Source: Squalus acanthias (Eukaryota). Taken from it: a stretch of DNA of 64,000 nucleotides. Positions 34,095 to 47,400 of the stretch are shown here, piece by piece; the first letter of the stretch is position 1, and each line of letters starts with the position of its first letter. A program made the position numbers and the translations under genes. The notes under the pieces were generated by a model. The model worked only from the letters and a program-made list of their open reading frames with translations, was not told the DNA's origin and searched no databases. The stretch covers positions 125,428,001 through 125,492,000 of the forward strand of contig CM059431.1 of NCBI GenBank assembly GCA_030390025.1, in the 5' to 3' direction.

Positions 34095-36131
34095 TGTAAG
34101 GGATACTCTCCTGACCCTGCGTGTCTCGTGGCCTGTGAGGTTCACGCGGCTCTGTGCAGCCTGTATGTCAGTGCGGGTCTAGGCCTGGTCTCCAGCCAGT
34201 CTGGGAACACTAGACACCCCTGTGAGTGGTTCGAATCACTCTCCCTTACGGTTCTAGACACTGGACTTAGATGCGAGAGCAGTAATGGAGATAAAAACTC
34301 ATGTAGACTTGGTTTGAACGGTACGAAATGGAAAATCTTTATTGCATGATACTTAAAATTATGAAATACATGTCATATGCACAGATTAATGACAGTACAA
34401 TCTTACAAACAGTTATAATCACTCTTAGGGAAACGAGGAACGACCAGCACAACGTAAATAGGGCACACATTACAAATATCCTTAAACTTTAAACCCTCCC
34501 CTATCAATAACTATCCTAAAACTAGCTTCGTAGGATCCCGAGACTCATGCTCACCACTCGTAATAACTCGGAGAAAATCCCGAATAGCTGATCGGATGTT
34601 TTTCACCGCAGCACCCACGTGTTGGTCAGGAGATCTCCTGGTCCCACTTGTTTACTGCTTCTGCTGCTCGGTCAGTCGGCTGGACCGTCCGCTGTAGTGA
34701 AGACCTCTGTTGGTTGGATACAGGGTATGGTGGAGCACCGTTGTCAATATCGCTGATACGATGTGTTTGCACAGTCCAGTTATCATCGATGCAATATGTC
34801 TTGTTAAAGAAGAAAACTTCCTGTCGAGAAGACTTGGCTGATCGACCTACAGGCGCGGTCGGGATTTACTGACCGTGGCGATGGATAAGGTCTTCTTCTC
34901 TTCTCCTCTCATCTCATCTCATCTCATCCCGGGCCTTCGGTTCCGCTGCCAGCTACCAACATAGGTCTTTGCAACAGTCTTTTACCCAGGAGCAGCCACG
35001 ATGATAACAGCAGCAAGCGGCAAGAGTCAAGAGCAAAAGAGCAAGAGTCACGAACACGAGGCAAGAGAGCGAATGGACGGTTTGGGCCTGCAATTATAGT
35101 GCACAGTTCTTCCGTTTCCCGCCCAACTACAATGTCCATTCTTTTGTTTAAGGTTTGGCGCCCAAAAATGTCCTGTATGGGTGATCTCTGTCCTTAATGG
35201 GTTTCGGGGCTACTCCTGAATGTTTGAGTACCTGTTAATATTTCTCCCATTGTCAAATCGGTCGGTGTTCCCCCTGGAGGGGTTTGGGGCTTCCAAGTGT
35301 CCTGTATAACTACCTGCTAACGGCTCTCTCATCGTAGAGCCGTTGGGAGTTTACATATTAATGTCCTTTGGATGGGCCCTTGATGGCTTTCCTTTGTACC
35401 TGGGAGACCGATCCCAGTATCGATGTTTATACTGTAAACCCATAATGTCACGGTGGCATAGTGGTTAGCACTGGTGCTTCACAGCGCCAGGGACCCGGGT
35501 TCGAATCTGGACTCGGGCGACTGTCTGTGTGGAGTTTGCACATTCTCCCCGTGTCTGCGTGGGTTTCCTCCGGGTGCTCCGGTTTCCTCCCACAGTCCAA
35601 AAATGTGCGGGTTAGGTTGATTTGGCTATGATAAATTGACCCTTAGTGTTAGGGGGGGATTAAATATGTGGGGTTACGGGGATAGGATGGGATATGTTAG
35701 GGGGAATTAAATACGTGGGGTTACGGGGATAGGGTGGGATATGTGTTGGTGCAGGCTCGATGGGGATTCTGTGTGAGAAAAGCAGGGACAGGGTACTGCA
35801 TTTGGATGATCAGCCATGATCGTATTGAATGGTGGAGCAGGCTCGACGGGCCGAATGGCCTACTCCTGCTCCTAGTTTCTATGTTTCTATGTTTCTATGT
35901 CTTCACTGTGCTGAATCGTTATCGATCCTGCAAAAAAATGTTTATTGGAACGCCATCTTGTCTGCCTGCCGAAAAGTCTCGAATGTTCTGTCACGCGGTG
36001 CGGCGGCCATTTTACAGGCTGCTTGTGTCCAATTTAAACCTGACAGCATTCCGCTGAAATAAAAGCTGTTTTGAACGAAACTTGTGTTTTCTCCTTATAA
36101 AAATGAAATCGCGATAATTGCGAATTCTACA
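34095..36131 (-). repeat. 5' LTR (2037 bp including an inserted SINE)
   Basis: Same sequence as the 3' LTR on both sides of 35450-35900. Confidence 0.95.
35450..35900 (+). mobile_element. tRNA-derived V-SINE (HE1-like) with CR1-derived tail
   Basis: A box TGGCATAGTGG, B box GGTTCGAATC, V-domain TGTGTGGAGTTTGCACATTCTCCCCGTGTCTGCGTGGGTTTCCTCCGGG, CR1 3' UTR and (ATGTTTCT)n tail. Confidence 0.9.
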
Positions 36132-37536
36132 GGATAAAGGGGAGCCGGTGGATGTACTGTACTTAGATTTCCAGAAGGCATTTGATAAGGTGCCACATCA
36201 AAGGTTATTGTGGAAAATAAAAGCTCATGGTGTAGGGGGTAACATATTGGCATGGATAGAAGATTGGCTAGCTAACAGGAAACAGAGAGTAGGCATAAAT
36301 GGGTCATTTTCTGATTGGCAAGATGTAACAAGTGGTGTGCCACAGGGATCAGTGCTGGGGCCTCAACTTTTTACAATTTATATAAATGACTTGGATGAAG
36401 GGACCGAAGGTATGGTTGCTAAATTTGCTGATGACAGAAAGATGGGTAGGAAAGTAAATTGTGAAGAGGACATAAGGAGGCTACAAAGGGATATAGATAA
36501 GTTAAGTGAGTGGGCAAAGATCTGGCAAATGGAGTATAATGTGAGAAAATGTGAAGTTGTCCATTTTGACAGGAAGAATAAAAAAGAAGCATATTATCTA
36601 AATGGTGAGAGATTGCAGAGCTCTGAGATGCAGAGGGATCTGGGTGTCCTAGTACATGAATCGCAAAAGGTTACTATGCAGGTACAGCAAGTAATTAAAA
36701 GCTAATAGAATGTTATCGTTTATTGCGAGGGGAATTGAATACAAAAGTAGGGAGGTTATGCTTCAGTTATACAGGGCATTGGTGAGACCACATCTGGAGT
36801 ACAGTGTACAGTATTGGTCTGCTTATTTAAGGAAGGATGTAAATGCAGTTCAGAGAAGGTTTACTAGACTAATACCTGAAATGGGCGGGTTGTCTTATGA
36901 GGAAAGTTTGGACAGGCTAGGCTTGTATCCGCTGGAGTTTAGAAGATTAAGAGGTGACTTGATTGAAACATATAAGATCCTGAGGGGTCTGGACAGGGTG
37001 GATGTGGAGAGGATGTTTCCTCTTGTGGGAGAATCTAGAACTAGAGGTCACTGTTTAAAAGTTTAAGGCAGAGATGAGGAGAAATTTTTTCTCACAGAGG
37101 GTCGTGAGTCTTTGGAACTCTCTTCCTCAGAGGGCGGTGGAAGCAGAGTCTTTGAATATTTTTAAGGCAGAGGCAGATAGATTCTTGGTAAGCAAGGGGG
37201 TGAAAAGTTATCGGGGGTAGGTGGGAATGTGGAGTAATCGGATCAGCCATGATCTTATTGAATGGCGGAGCAGGCTCGTAGGGCCCAGTGGCCTACTCCT
37301 GCTCCTAATTCGTATGTTCGTATCCCGATCCACCACACCAACCACCCGCTCCCGACCCGCCCAGGTAAAGAAAATTCCGGCCATGGAGTTTGAAGTAGTC
37401 GTAATGAACAGTCAGTTTACTTACAATATGATGAATCACCCCGAATCCTCAAATTTAAAAACAATATGGTCAAATTTAATGATCCTGCCAGGCAGGAAAT
37501 GGGTGGCAGTGGGTTGGCTGCCCAGTTTATACACTG

Positions 37537-37911
37537 CCTAAAATTAAAAAATGCTCATCCTTGTTTTCAAATCCCTCCATGGCCTCACCCCTCCCTATCT
37601 CTGTAATCTTCTCCAGCCCTCCGAGATCTCTGCGCTCCTCCAATTCTGGTCTCTTGCGCATCCCCGATTTTCTTGGCTGCACAATTGGCGGCTGTAGCTT
37701 CAGCTGCCTAGGCCCTAAACTCTGGAATTCACTCCTTAAACCTCTTTGCCTCTCCACCTTTTTCTCCTCCTTTAAGACGCTCCTTAAAACCTCTTTGACC
37801 AAGCTTTCGGTTTTTTGTGGCTCGGTGTCAAATTTTGTCTGATAATACTCCTGTGAAGGGCCTTGGGATGTTTTACTATGTTAAAGGTGCTATATAAATG
37901 CAAGTTGTTGC
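37537..37911 (+). mobile_element. L2-type LINE 3' end fragment
   Basis: KIKKMLILVFKSLHGLTPPYL-like ORF end, AFS/PKLWNSL-type motif, GCTATATAAATGCAAGTTGTTG tail. Confidence 0.7.
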
Positions 37912-38207
37912 TGCCCACTTCAATGGAAAGGAAAATAAGGCGAGCCCATGTCCTTTTCCCACCGAGTAGGAACAGTAAAAATCAACCTGAATGTTAAGAT
38001 ACATCCCAAGCCCAAAGATAACTAAGTACAGCTATACCAATGAGGAGTAGGTTCAAGCCCTTCATATGTTTCTGTGATCAGACTGTGACCTTACTGCCAT
38101 GTGGTGTCTTGTGGCTTTGCTATAACTGATTCGAATAAAATAAAGAATTCTATTTTAATAGTACCTTATTGTGTCTCAGAAACATATCAATATACTTAAA
38201 ACACAAA

Positions 38208-39002
38208 GGGGGAGAAATTCAGTATCGCCCCATTTGGGGCGCAATTATCGGCCGGGCACAAAGATTAGCGCCTGGTGCTAATTATCGCCACCGACTGCAA
38301 ACTTGACTTTTATCGCCCCTGGAGGTGATTGCAGCGCTAAATCAGGTGCTTCACACCTGTCTTAAGGCGCACAGGCCGAGGAGCGAGGCGCTACCTCAGA
38401 GCGCTGGCGAAGCTCATGTAATGTCAGTCAGCAATGGAACACACACACAATGGCATGGGCCAGTTCTTAAAGGGGATGGTTAATCTTGCTTTCCATCCAC
38501 ATCCTGCTCATTGCAGCCTTGAATCTCGGCCTGGAGAGACCTGCACATCAAATGTGCTGGAAAGAACAATGGAGAGTACCAGGCAAAGAGCTCAGAGTGC
38601 AGCCCCCACAGTCTCTGCTAAATCGATACAAGGAATGGCAAATCAAAATGAACCTGCAAAGTGCTGCTCAGTACCCAAAACTCCTTCACACAACGTTGAA
38701 TCTCTCCAGAAGTCTCTCCCTCTCTCTCTCAGAATGCGTAGTTCAAAAATGGCACCAACAATAAAAGGCAGGAAGCGGTCACCTTTAAATAGCGCTCCCC
38801 CTTTCCCTTCATGACTGCAGAACGCTCCCCTCAACCTGTCGTTGCTAGCGTCAGGCGGTAAGGCAGGGGGCGCCACTCAAAATGTCTAGTTAATTTCACG
38901 AGCGGCGCAAACTTCGCCGCGCCTGGGCGCTAGATGCTTTGCGCCCCATTAGCGCCCTCTTAAGGCGCTAACGGGAGGCGCAACCAACTGAATTTTTCCC
39001 CC
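38208..39002 (-). mobile_element. Non-autonomous Harbinger deletion derivative (795 bp) of the H5 family
   Basis: TIRs GGGGGAGAAATTCAGT / ACTGAATTTTTCCCCC, TSD AAA. Its interior is an inverted homolog of ~62634-63140. Confidence 0.82.
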
Positions 39003-39530
39003 AAAGGGTTAAATAATATAAAAAGGGCTGCCAATTCGCTATCACCCATTTTACACTATGACACAAAGTCAAGATCTACCACAATTAATTACTTTGAAGT
39101 GTAGTGCCTATAATGTATGCAAATGTGACAGCTATTTTGCACACCACAATAAGCCACAAACAATATTGAGCTGAATGAGCAGTTAGTGTGCTTGCAGTGT
39201 TGGTTGAGGTTTAGAGAGGAATATTGGCCAGGATCTCGGGGGGTAGAATTTGCATGGTGGTTCTTCTAATCTCCTGCCGTAATTCAACAGGAGATCAGTG
39301 AAAACCCCAGACAGTTTACACTGCAGGGTTTCTGTTCATCTTCCGCCAAAGTTATGGTAGAAAATTGGGAGAACCAACAAGGAAATTCTACACCACAGTT
39401 GTCACCACAAAAGCTTCATCAGGAGAAAGGAGGCAGAGATTCAGGAGTTTGCTCTGTATCCCCATTTCTTTTGGGGGACTGTGGAAGCTGTTTCTATGGT
39501 ACCCCTATTCAAGCTGTAAACAGTTACCAT

Positions 39531-42500
39531 GGGGGGAATTTGAAACTGAAGGAGGACGTGGGGTTAGGTGCAGGTGGGGGGCTTAATTGCGTCAAAAATG
39601 CGAGCGCATTGGGAAGCCCGCTCCAACCCATCGACTTCCACGTTTAACTCAGACGTGTTAGGCTGGTTGCTGTATCCCGCTTGGGAGAGGCAGGTTGCCT
39701 ATTAACATATGCTAATCGCTTAATTGGAGCGATATTTCAACACACTTTTAAGTTTAACGTTGCATCCAGGGGTTCCAGGGCTTCCTGAAAGTTCATGATC
39801 CTGAAAGTTGCCATTGAAAGCAAGATGAGAACACAATGGCAATTCAGGGGCTGATTCAAACTCATGGAACTATTGCAATAAATACTCAGTACTCACAGCT
39901 GCTTTCTTACCTGCTAGTAGGAAACGGTTTGTTCACAATATTTTAGCTGATATTTTCCATACTTTGGAAGTTTTCTGAATTACAGCAGGATGGGTGGTGC
40001 CTTGGCTGCCTTAGACTGGACTTCAGACGAGGGGCAATATGACCAGCAACAGCACCAGCACCAGCACTCTGCTGTTGAGAGACCTGCAGCTGTACAGCAG
40101 AGAGGGGAGCAGTAGAGGGGGGGGGGGGACCAGCAGAGGGGTGCAGCTCACAGGAGGCACTACCCACGACACAGGGTATACAGGCAGAGGCTGAGTTTCC
40201 TTGGCATGTCAGAACAGCAGTGCTTTTGGAGGCTCAGGCTGTCACGTCAGGTGGTGGCAGACATCTGCAGCTTCCTAGAAGACCTGCTCCCTGCTGGACC
40301 TGGTGGTCATACATTACCAGTCGCTGTGAAAGTGCCTACTGCCCTCAACCTTTTTGCCTCTGGATCCTTCCAAGGCTCTGCCAGAGACATATCTAAAATC
40401 TCCCAGTCAGCGGCACACAAATGGATAAGACAGGTGACTGATGGGTTGTTTGTCAGGGCTGCCAATTATGTGAACTTTGCCTGCGATTACGCCAGTTGGG
40501 TTTGTATCTCTGGCTGTCTTCCCAAAGGTGCAGGGTATCAACGACTGCACACGGGTGGCAATCTGCACACTCCCAGGTCAACCAGGAGTATTCGTGAACT
40601 GCAAGGGCTTCCACTCCATCAATGTGCAGCTGGTGTGTAATCACAGAAAGATATTTCTGCAGGTGTGCACAAGATTCTTGGGGAGCTGCCATGATGCTTT
40701 TGTCCTGCGGCAGTCCAAGCTCCCCGACCTCTTTGAACCTGCAAGCACACTTCAGGGGTGGCTGCTAGGAGACAAGGGATACCCACTTTAAACTTGGCTG
40801 ATGGCTCCTGTCAGAAACCTGACCAATGAACCCTAGCAGCACTACAATGACTGCCATATGGCCATCAGATATATGATCAAACAAGCCATCAGCATGCTGA
40901 AGATGCATTTCAGGTGCTCAGAAAGATCTGGAGGCACCCTTCAGTACTCACCAGCCAGAGTCTCCAGAATGGTCATGGTTTGCTGTGACCTGCAAACCCT
41001 TGTGTAGCAGCGAGGTTTGGACCTGCAGGAGGAACAAGGCGCAGAGCGCAGATAGTCTGTGGACGATTCCAAGGAGAAGGAGGAGGATGGTGATGAGGGC
41101 AATGCAGCACCAGCTGCTCACATTGCTGAGAGGGATGCCAGGGATGCCCTTATTAATGGATTGTTCACTTAGGTACCACCAGAGGACCAATGTCATCACC
41201 ACATGCAACAGCCACACTGTCATCCTATTTAAGAACATAAGAACATAAGAAATAGGAGCAGGAGTAGGCCATTCGGCCCTTCGAGCCTGCTCCGCCATTC
41301 AATGAAATCATGGCTGATCTTCTGCCTCAACTCCATTCACCGGCCCTATCGCCATTTCCCTTGATGCCTTTACTAGTCACAAATCTATCGACTTCTGTTT
41401 TGAATATACCCAATGACTGAGGCTACACAGCCCTCTGGGGTAGAGAATTCCAAAGATTCACCACCCTCTGTGTGAAGAAATTTCTTCTCATCTCAGTCCT
41501 GAATGGCCTACTCTTTATCCTGAGGCTGTGGCCCCTGGTTCTAGACTCTCCAGCCAAGAGAAACATTCTCCCAGCATCCACCCTATCAAGCCCTGTAATA
41601 ATTTTATATGTTTCAATGAGATCCCCTCTCATTCTTCTTAAGACGTCAGACATGTTGGCATCCAGAATCTGCACGGCCGTGGTCCAGGCTTGCATCGACT
41701 CATTTGATTGCCACGTTTGATGTTCCACGGCGCTGGCCACTCTATCCATGCAAGAAGATATCATTGCAATGCGACATCAACACGCTCATGCTTGAAGCGG
41801 ACTGCTACATTCTCTCTGCAATTGTGATCAGTGTGCTTGGAAGGCCAATCAGTACATCACATATTCTCTGCTCCTCAATGATGAACCTTTTCATCGACAG
41901 CTCCGGAGTACAGCATCTGCATCCAGCTGAGCAGAGCTTTGAGAGGGCTGTGCCCGCCGATGTGGATTCTTCACAGCTGTCCCTGCCACCACCATCTACT
42001 CTGGCTCATGTGTGAAGTGTGAGTTACCAGGTGAAAACCAAACTCTCTGTCTTACTGATTCTACCAAAGTGCGAGTATCTGAGCTGGTACATGCTGAGCA
42101 TAGGTCCTGCGATGGTGCACCCTCAAAAAAAATCACCTTCTCTGTTTTGTCGCCCGCGAGGTCCATGGATTCCTGCTGCATGCGTGAAGGCCCTATCGGA
42201 GATAAAATATATGAATTAGTACTGGCAAGGTAAAAATGTCGCAACTTATCATGATGAAGATGAGTATATTTCAGTCCCTACTGAAATCAAGTCAACATGA
42301 CTGAGTGTTATATGACGTGTGTGCAGTATATTTGATTCTGTCACCAGGTAGCTGTGGGGTCCCCATCTCCCCATCTCCGATGACCAGGGTTGCCAAGATA
42401 CCACTGGCTCCAGAGCTTCCTCCTCTGTAGTTGTCATGTGTGGAATCTGTGGAGGCCCAACTCCAATTATCTCCCTCTCCCTTGTGTTTTGTGCCTTTTT

Positions 42501-43314
42501 TTTCCTGCAACGGTGGAAAGAACAGACCCATGAGTGACTGTAATGGCATGTGTTCACCCGGTGGATGGAGTGCATTTGGTGAGTGTGGCTATCAGGGAGA
42601 GGCAGGAAATTGTATAAGAATGATGGTGAGTGGGAGTGATGGATGGATAGATGGGGATGTGAGGAAGTGCGTAGAAAGAGAAGGATGGGTGTGCTTGCAA
42701 GGTAAGTGGGTGCGAGGAGTGATGTGATGAAGTAGGCTTGACATGGCAGAGTGGGGAGCGCAGCACAATGCTCCTGCTACTGACCTCCTGCGCCAAATCC
42801 AGCCACGCCTTCTTTGTGGCAGCAGCATGTTTCTACCTTCCATTGCTGGGGAAGAGTATCTCCCTCCAGCACCTCACTGCCCCCAGCAGTACATCAAGGG
42901 AGGCGTCATTAAAACAGGGCACAGCCTTTGACCGTCCTGAGTCCATTCTCACAGTTTATCTTATCTTGTTTCCAACTCCTCCGAATTCCATCTTTTATTT
43001 GGCCCTTTAAACACTCCAGTTGAGGTCGTCGGCCAAGATCATCTCAGCAGTCAGAGCAGGGATCTGAGCAGTCTCCCTCTATGTCTGCTGAATCCACAGG
43101 CGCTGCTCCATGTAGGAGTGGTAGGAATAGGAAGAGTAGTTATCACGCCCGCTGCCGCGCAATCGACACCAAACCCAGAAGTAAATGATAATGAGCTGGC
43201 TACGCTTAAATGCCACTGAGACAGACATTCTGAACTTACTTCCGGGTTTCCCACGGGATATCCTCCTGCCACCAGCCACGCTCCCAATGTGCCTGCGAGT
43301 TAATACTGGGGCCC
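39531..43314 (+). mobile_element. Decayed Harbinger transposon H4 (ends approximate)
   Basis: Transposase remnants ~40100-41170 ([31 protein letters not shown]). Myb-like remnants on - to ~42950. No clean TIR pair found. Confidence 0.7.
41231..41640 (-). mobile_element. CR1 LINE 3' fragment inside H4
   Basis: RRMRGDLIETYKI...RVVNLWNSLP on minus, with the tail at 41231-41250. Confidence 0.88.
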
Positions 43315-43329
43315 AAATTGCTATCATTA

Positions 43330-43915
43330 TGAGATTCTTCAGCTGCTTCATCCATGATCTTCCCTCCAACATGAGGTCAGAAGTGGGGATGTTCGCTGAT
43401 ACTGCACAGTGTTCAGCGCCATTCACAAATCCTCAGATAATGAAGCAGTTCGTGCCCACATGCAGCAAGACCTGGACAAAAATCAGGCTTGGGCTGATAA
43501 GTGGCAGATTACATTCACGCCACACAAGTGCCAGGCAATGACTATCTCCAACAAGAGATAGTCTAACCACTGCCCCTTGATATTCAATGGCATTGCCATC
43601 ATCGGACCCCCCACTATCAACATCCTGGGGGGGTCACCATTGACCAGAAACTTAACTGGACCAGCCACATAAATACTGTGGCTACAAGAGCAAGTCAGAG
43701 GCTGGGTATTCTGTGGTGAGCGATCCATCTCCTGAATCCAAAAAGCCTTTCCACCATCTACAAGGCACAAGTAAGGAGTGTTATGGAATACTCTCCACTT
43801 GCCTGGATGAGTGCAGCTCCAACAATACTAAAGAAGCTTGACACCATCCAGGACAAAGCAGCCCGCTTGATTGACACCCCATCCACCACCTTAAACATTC
43901 ACTCCCTCCACCGCC
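43330..43915 (+). mobile_element. Degraded CR1/L2-group LINE RT fragment
   Basis: FSCFIHDLPSNMRSEVGMFAD and MEYSPLAWMSAAPT...LDTIQDKAARLI. Confidence 0.7.
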
Positions 43916-44486
43916 AATTATTTGCTTCAGATTTCTTTGTTATTCTCTCCCACGATCCAGTTTTAGTCAGTCCATTTCCTGTGAACTCACTCGGCGAGGG
44001 TTCAAGAGCACGGTGGCTCTTTGAAAGCCCATTAAGTGTCTTCCTATTGTTTTCATGAAAGCTGTTCAGCAATGTCCAGATTCCTGTCACAGACTGAATA
44101 TGAGTGTTTGCATTTCAACTATTTCAAAATAACACAATGGGTTAATCAAATTGCTTACTACATGGATGCATAATATCCAAATATATTAACCTCTGTAGTT
44201 TAATGCTCACCTCAGTACATAAAGGAAGTTCATTAAAGTCTCAGTCCTTTCATCAGTAATTGAAATGAAATATATGATTGAAATTGAAATCTCAACACAC
44301 ATTATGAACATGAGTAAGAATCATTACCACTTTAACTTGAATACACAGATTGAATAGTAAGTTGGGTGGATGGAAGCTAGAAGTTGCAAAGGGACATAGG
44401 CAGACTGGCCTGGAGTTTCCGCTAGCTTGCGCTGTTTTTTTTAGCATAATTCACCCAAAATTGACCAAACCAACACAAAAGATCGA

Positions 44487-47400
44487 GGCCAGAATTTTCT
44501 GGTGTTGGTGTGGGCAGGAGTGAAAGTTGAAATAACTTGGAGCGGGCTGGAAGCCCGCCACCATACCACCTCGACGCGCCTTTCCCTCGGGCGCGTTTGC
44601 CAGCGCAGCAGTGACCCGAACGGCAGAGGCGGCCGAGCTAATTTAGGTCAGTATTAGGTCAGACCCTTAAGTGTCTTTTTAACCCTACCTTTCTAATTTC
44701 ACTGGATGACCACGGGAATCACGCAGCTCGAGAAGCACATCTGTGAACCTGAGGTGGAAGTTTAGCAACCATTGATCCAGCTCATTAGTGCACAGCATGG
44801 AAAGCACAATAAATACTCCCACCTGACACCTGGTTACTTTGCTAAGGCAGATGCTGTTGCTGAGTGCATTGTCAGCACAGATTTAGCTTTCTAGAGGTTG
44901 CAAGTGCTTTCAGCAAAGTAGGTATCCACTGTCACCTCATTGGTACAACCTATCACACCATTGACAGATTGCTTCTGTCAGCTCTACTTGACCTGCCATC
45001 TATTACATCAGCATGGGTGTCGTTTACACTGTCTCACCTTGGTCCTCAGAATCAGACCTCAAAGGGCCCCAACACCAGCAGCACCAGGCACACCAACAGC
45101 ACCAAAAATAACACCACCAACCTTCTCCTCATCGATCTGATGCTCCACAGGACAGAGGGCATCAGCACAGGGCTGCACCGCGCAGGAGGCGATACCTCCT
45201 ACACAGGGTATACAGGCAGAGGATGAGCTTCCTCAACATGACTGAGCAGCAGTGCCAAAGGAGGCTCAGGCTATCACGCCAGGTTGTTGCAGATGATTGC
45301 ACATTGCAGGAGCAAAACCTGCAGCCCAGAGGAGCTGGTGGACATGCCTTACCAGTGGCTGTCAATGCCACTAACACTCAACTTCTTTGACTCAGGCTCC
45401 TTCCAGGGATCTGCAGCAGACATTTGCAGCATCTCACAGTCGGCTGCCCACAGATGCATCACACAAGTCACCGATGCCCTGTTTGACAAGTCAGCCCATT
45501 ATATCAACTTTGCCACTGATGAAGCCAGTGTTACTGAGCAGGTGCTCGGCTTTACTGCTCTGGCTGGCTTCCCACAGGTACAGAGCATCACCCAGGAGTG
45601 TTTGTCAACCACAAGGGCTTCCACTCCCTCAATGTTCAGTTTGTCTCTAACCATAGGAAGATCATCATGCAAGTGTGTGCCAAATTCCCTGGCAGCTGCC
45701 ATGACTCATCCTGCGCCAGTCCACCCTCACTCAGCTCTTCACTCCTCCAAATAGACTTTCCAGCTGGCTGCTTGGAGACAAGGGCTATCCACTGAAGACG
45801 TGGCTCATGACACCCTTGAGGAGGCCAAGCACTAAGGCTGAGGAGAGATATAATGACAGCCACATGTCCACCAGATGTGTCATAGAACAGACAATAGGCA
45901 TGCTGAAAATGCGCTTCAGATGCCTTGACAGATCTGGAGGAACACTTCAATACACACCAGCCAGGATCTCCAGAATCATTGTGGTCTGCAGCACCCTGTA
46001 CAACACAGCACAGCAGTGAGGATTAGCACTGCATGAGGAGCAAGGTTCTGAGCGCACAGCCTCTTCAGAGGAGGAGGAGAGGGGGAGGGGGTGGAAGAGC
46101 AGGAGGATCAGCTGGAAGATGAGGAGGTGGAGGAGGAGGAACTTGCGGTCCAGATCCCACCAGCACCCGAGCACATTGCTGCCCTGGAGGCCAGGGATGG
46201 CCTCATCATGGCCAGATTTACTTAACTTCAGGCATTACACCTATATGGCTGCCATAGGCTGCGCCAGGCTCCCAACACCCTAAATCATCCCTGTAATGAC
46301 CAGGGCATTCCATTCACACTGACCACCATTGCTGGAGGTAACGTTATGTCTCACCATTCACTCCAACTCACAAAGCCATTTCCAAAGTTGCAGGCAGAAT
46401 TGGCCATGACCGGAAAATGGTGAAAATAATAATTTTTATCAGTTACATCAGATTAACGGAAATTTCACACAATTAATAAAACACCCAAGTGCTTACCGTT
46501 GTGCATCTACTTGTGTTTCATCTTCCTCTTACGTGTGCTTCTACAAGGTGCTACCCCTGTGGCTTCAGCAGAGGTAGAGGCAGCAGGCTCACTTCCCTGC
46601 TGCGACTGCATAGACACTTTTGGCGGATGTCCTCTGGGCCTTGGAGTCTGTGATGGCCCCACCAAAGTCTGCTCCTCCTGCGACTGTGCAGGGGCAGACT
46701 CGGCCACCGTGATCCCAGGAGGTATGTGAGGTTCTGACTGAGGATCAGGCAACTGGGGAAAAAAGTGAGCTCTTTGAAAGGAGCACCCACTTTCATGTCC
46801 CCTCTCACCGTCATCTCTTTCATGGGCTACCGCACTTCCCTGCTAGCAAGGAGGTGGAGAGCACCTTGCTGCACAGCAGTGAGGCCATGAGGACCCAAGT
46901 CTACGTTTACATCCTTCCTAGAGAAGAGGTCTATGACTGTCTGCCATTTATTCTCCACAGATAGTCATCTATTCTCCATAGAGACCATGTGCTCCTGCGA
47001 GTGACGCATTCGCTGCTCCATACAGGTGGCCATCCTATCCATCGAAGAGCCTATATTCACCATCGCCTGCGACACGGTGGTGCTCATGTTGGAGATGGAC
47101 TCCTCCATTCTCTGCACATGTGCAGACATCATGGTCGCAAAAGCTGTCAAAGCCTCCTTCACTTCCTCCTACACCTCCAGCATCGCCCTCTTTCTGGATG
47201 GCCCCCGAGGCTCAGCGTCTGCATGCAGCTGAGCAGAGCTGGGAGTGTCCTGCACCCTCCGACGAGGAGTCTCCACTGCTGTCCCTGTCTCCACCATGTG
47301 CTCTTGCTCACTTGTGTCTTGTGACACACTAGGTGACAACACTACACTATTTTGCATGGGACCCACCAAGGTGTGGGTATCTGCGCTGGTGCTGGGTGCG

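Larger units (their letters stand above)
23120..36131 (-). mobile_element. Full-length endogenous retrovirus (LTR-PBS-gag-pol-env-PPT-LTR), lokiretrovirus-like
   Basis: TG...CA termini, 4-bp TSD GGAT at 23116-23119 and 36132-36135. Paired LTRs at offset 10975. Contains gag, pol, env, PBS and PPT. Confidence 0.95.
22751..37323 (+). mobile_element. 5'-truncated CR1 LINE split by the provirus (22751-23119 and 36132-37323)
   Basis: RT frame rejoins across the provirus: ...FFEEVTCAVD|KGEPVDVLYLDFQKAFDKVPH, then GVPQGSVLGP and KFADD. Ends in a CR1-type 3' tail. Confidence 0.92.
18488..37382 (+). mobile_element. PIF/Harbinger transposon H2, expanded by nested CR1, provirus and SINE
   Basis: TIRs GGCCGGAATTTTC / GAAAATTCCGGCC. 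3-bp TSD ATG at 18485-18487 and 37383-37385. Confidence 0.88.

Noticed and set aside
35450..35510. tRNA-like sequence
   Set aside because: It is a SINE head with A and B boxes followed by a V-domain, with no complete cloverleaf.
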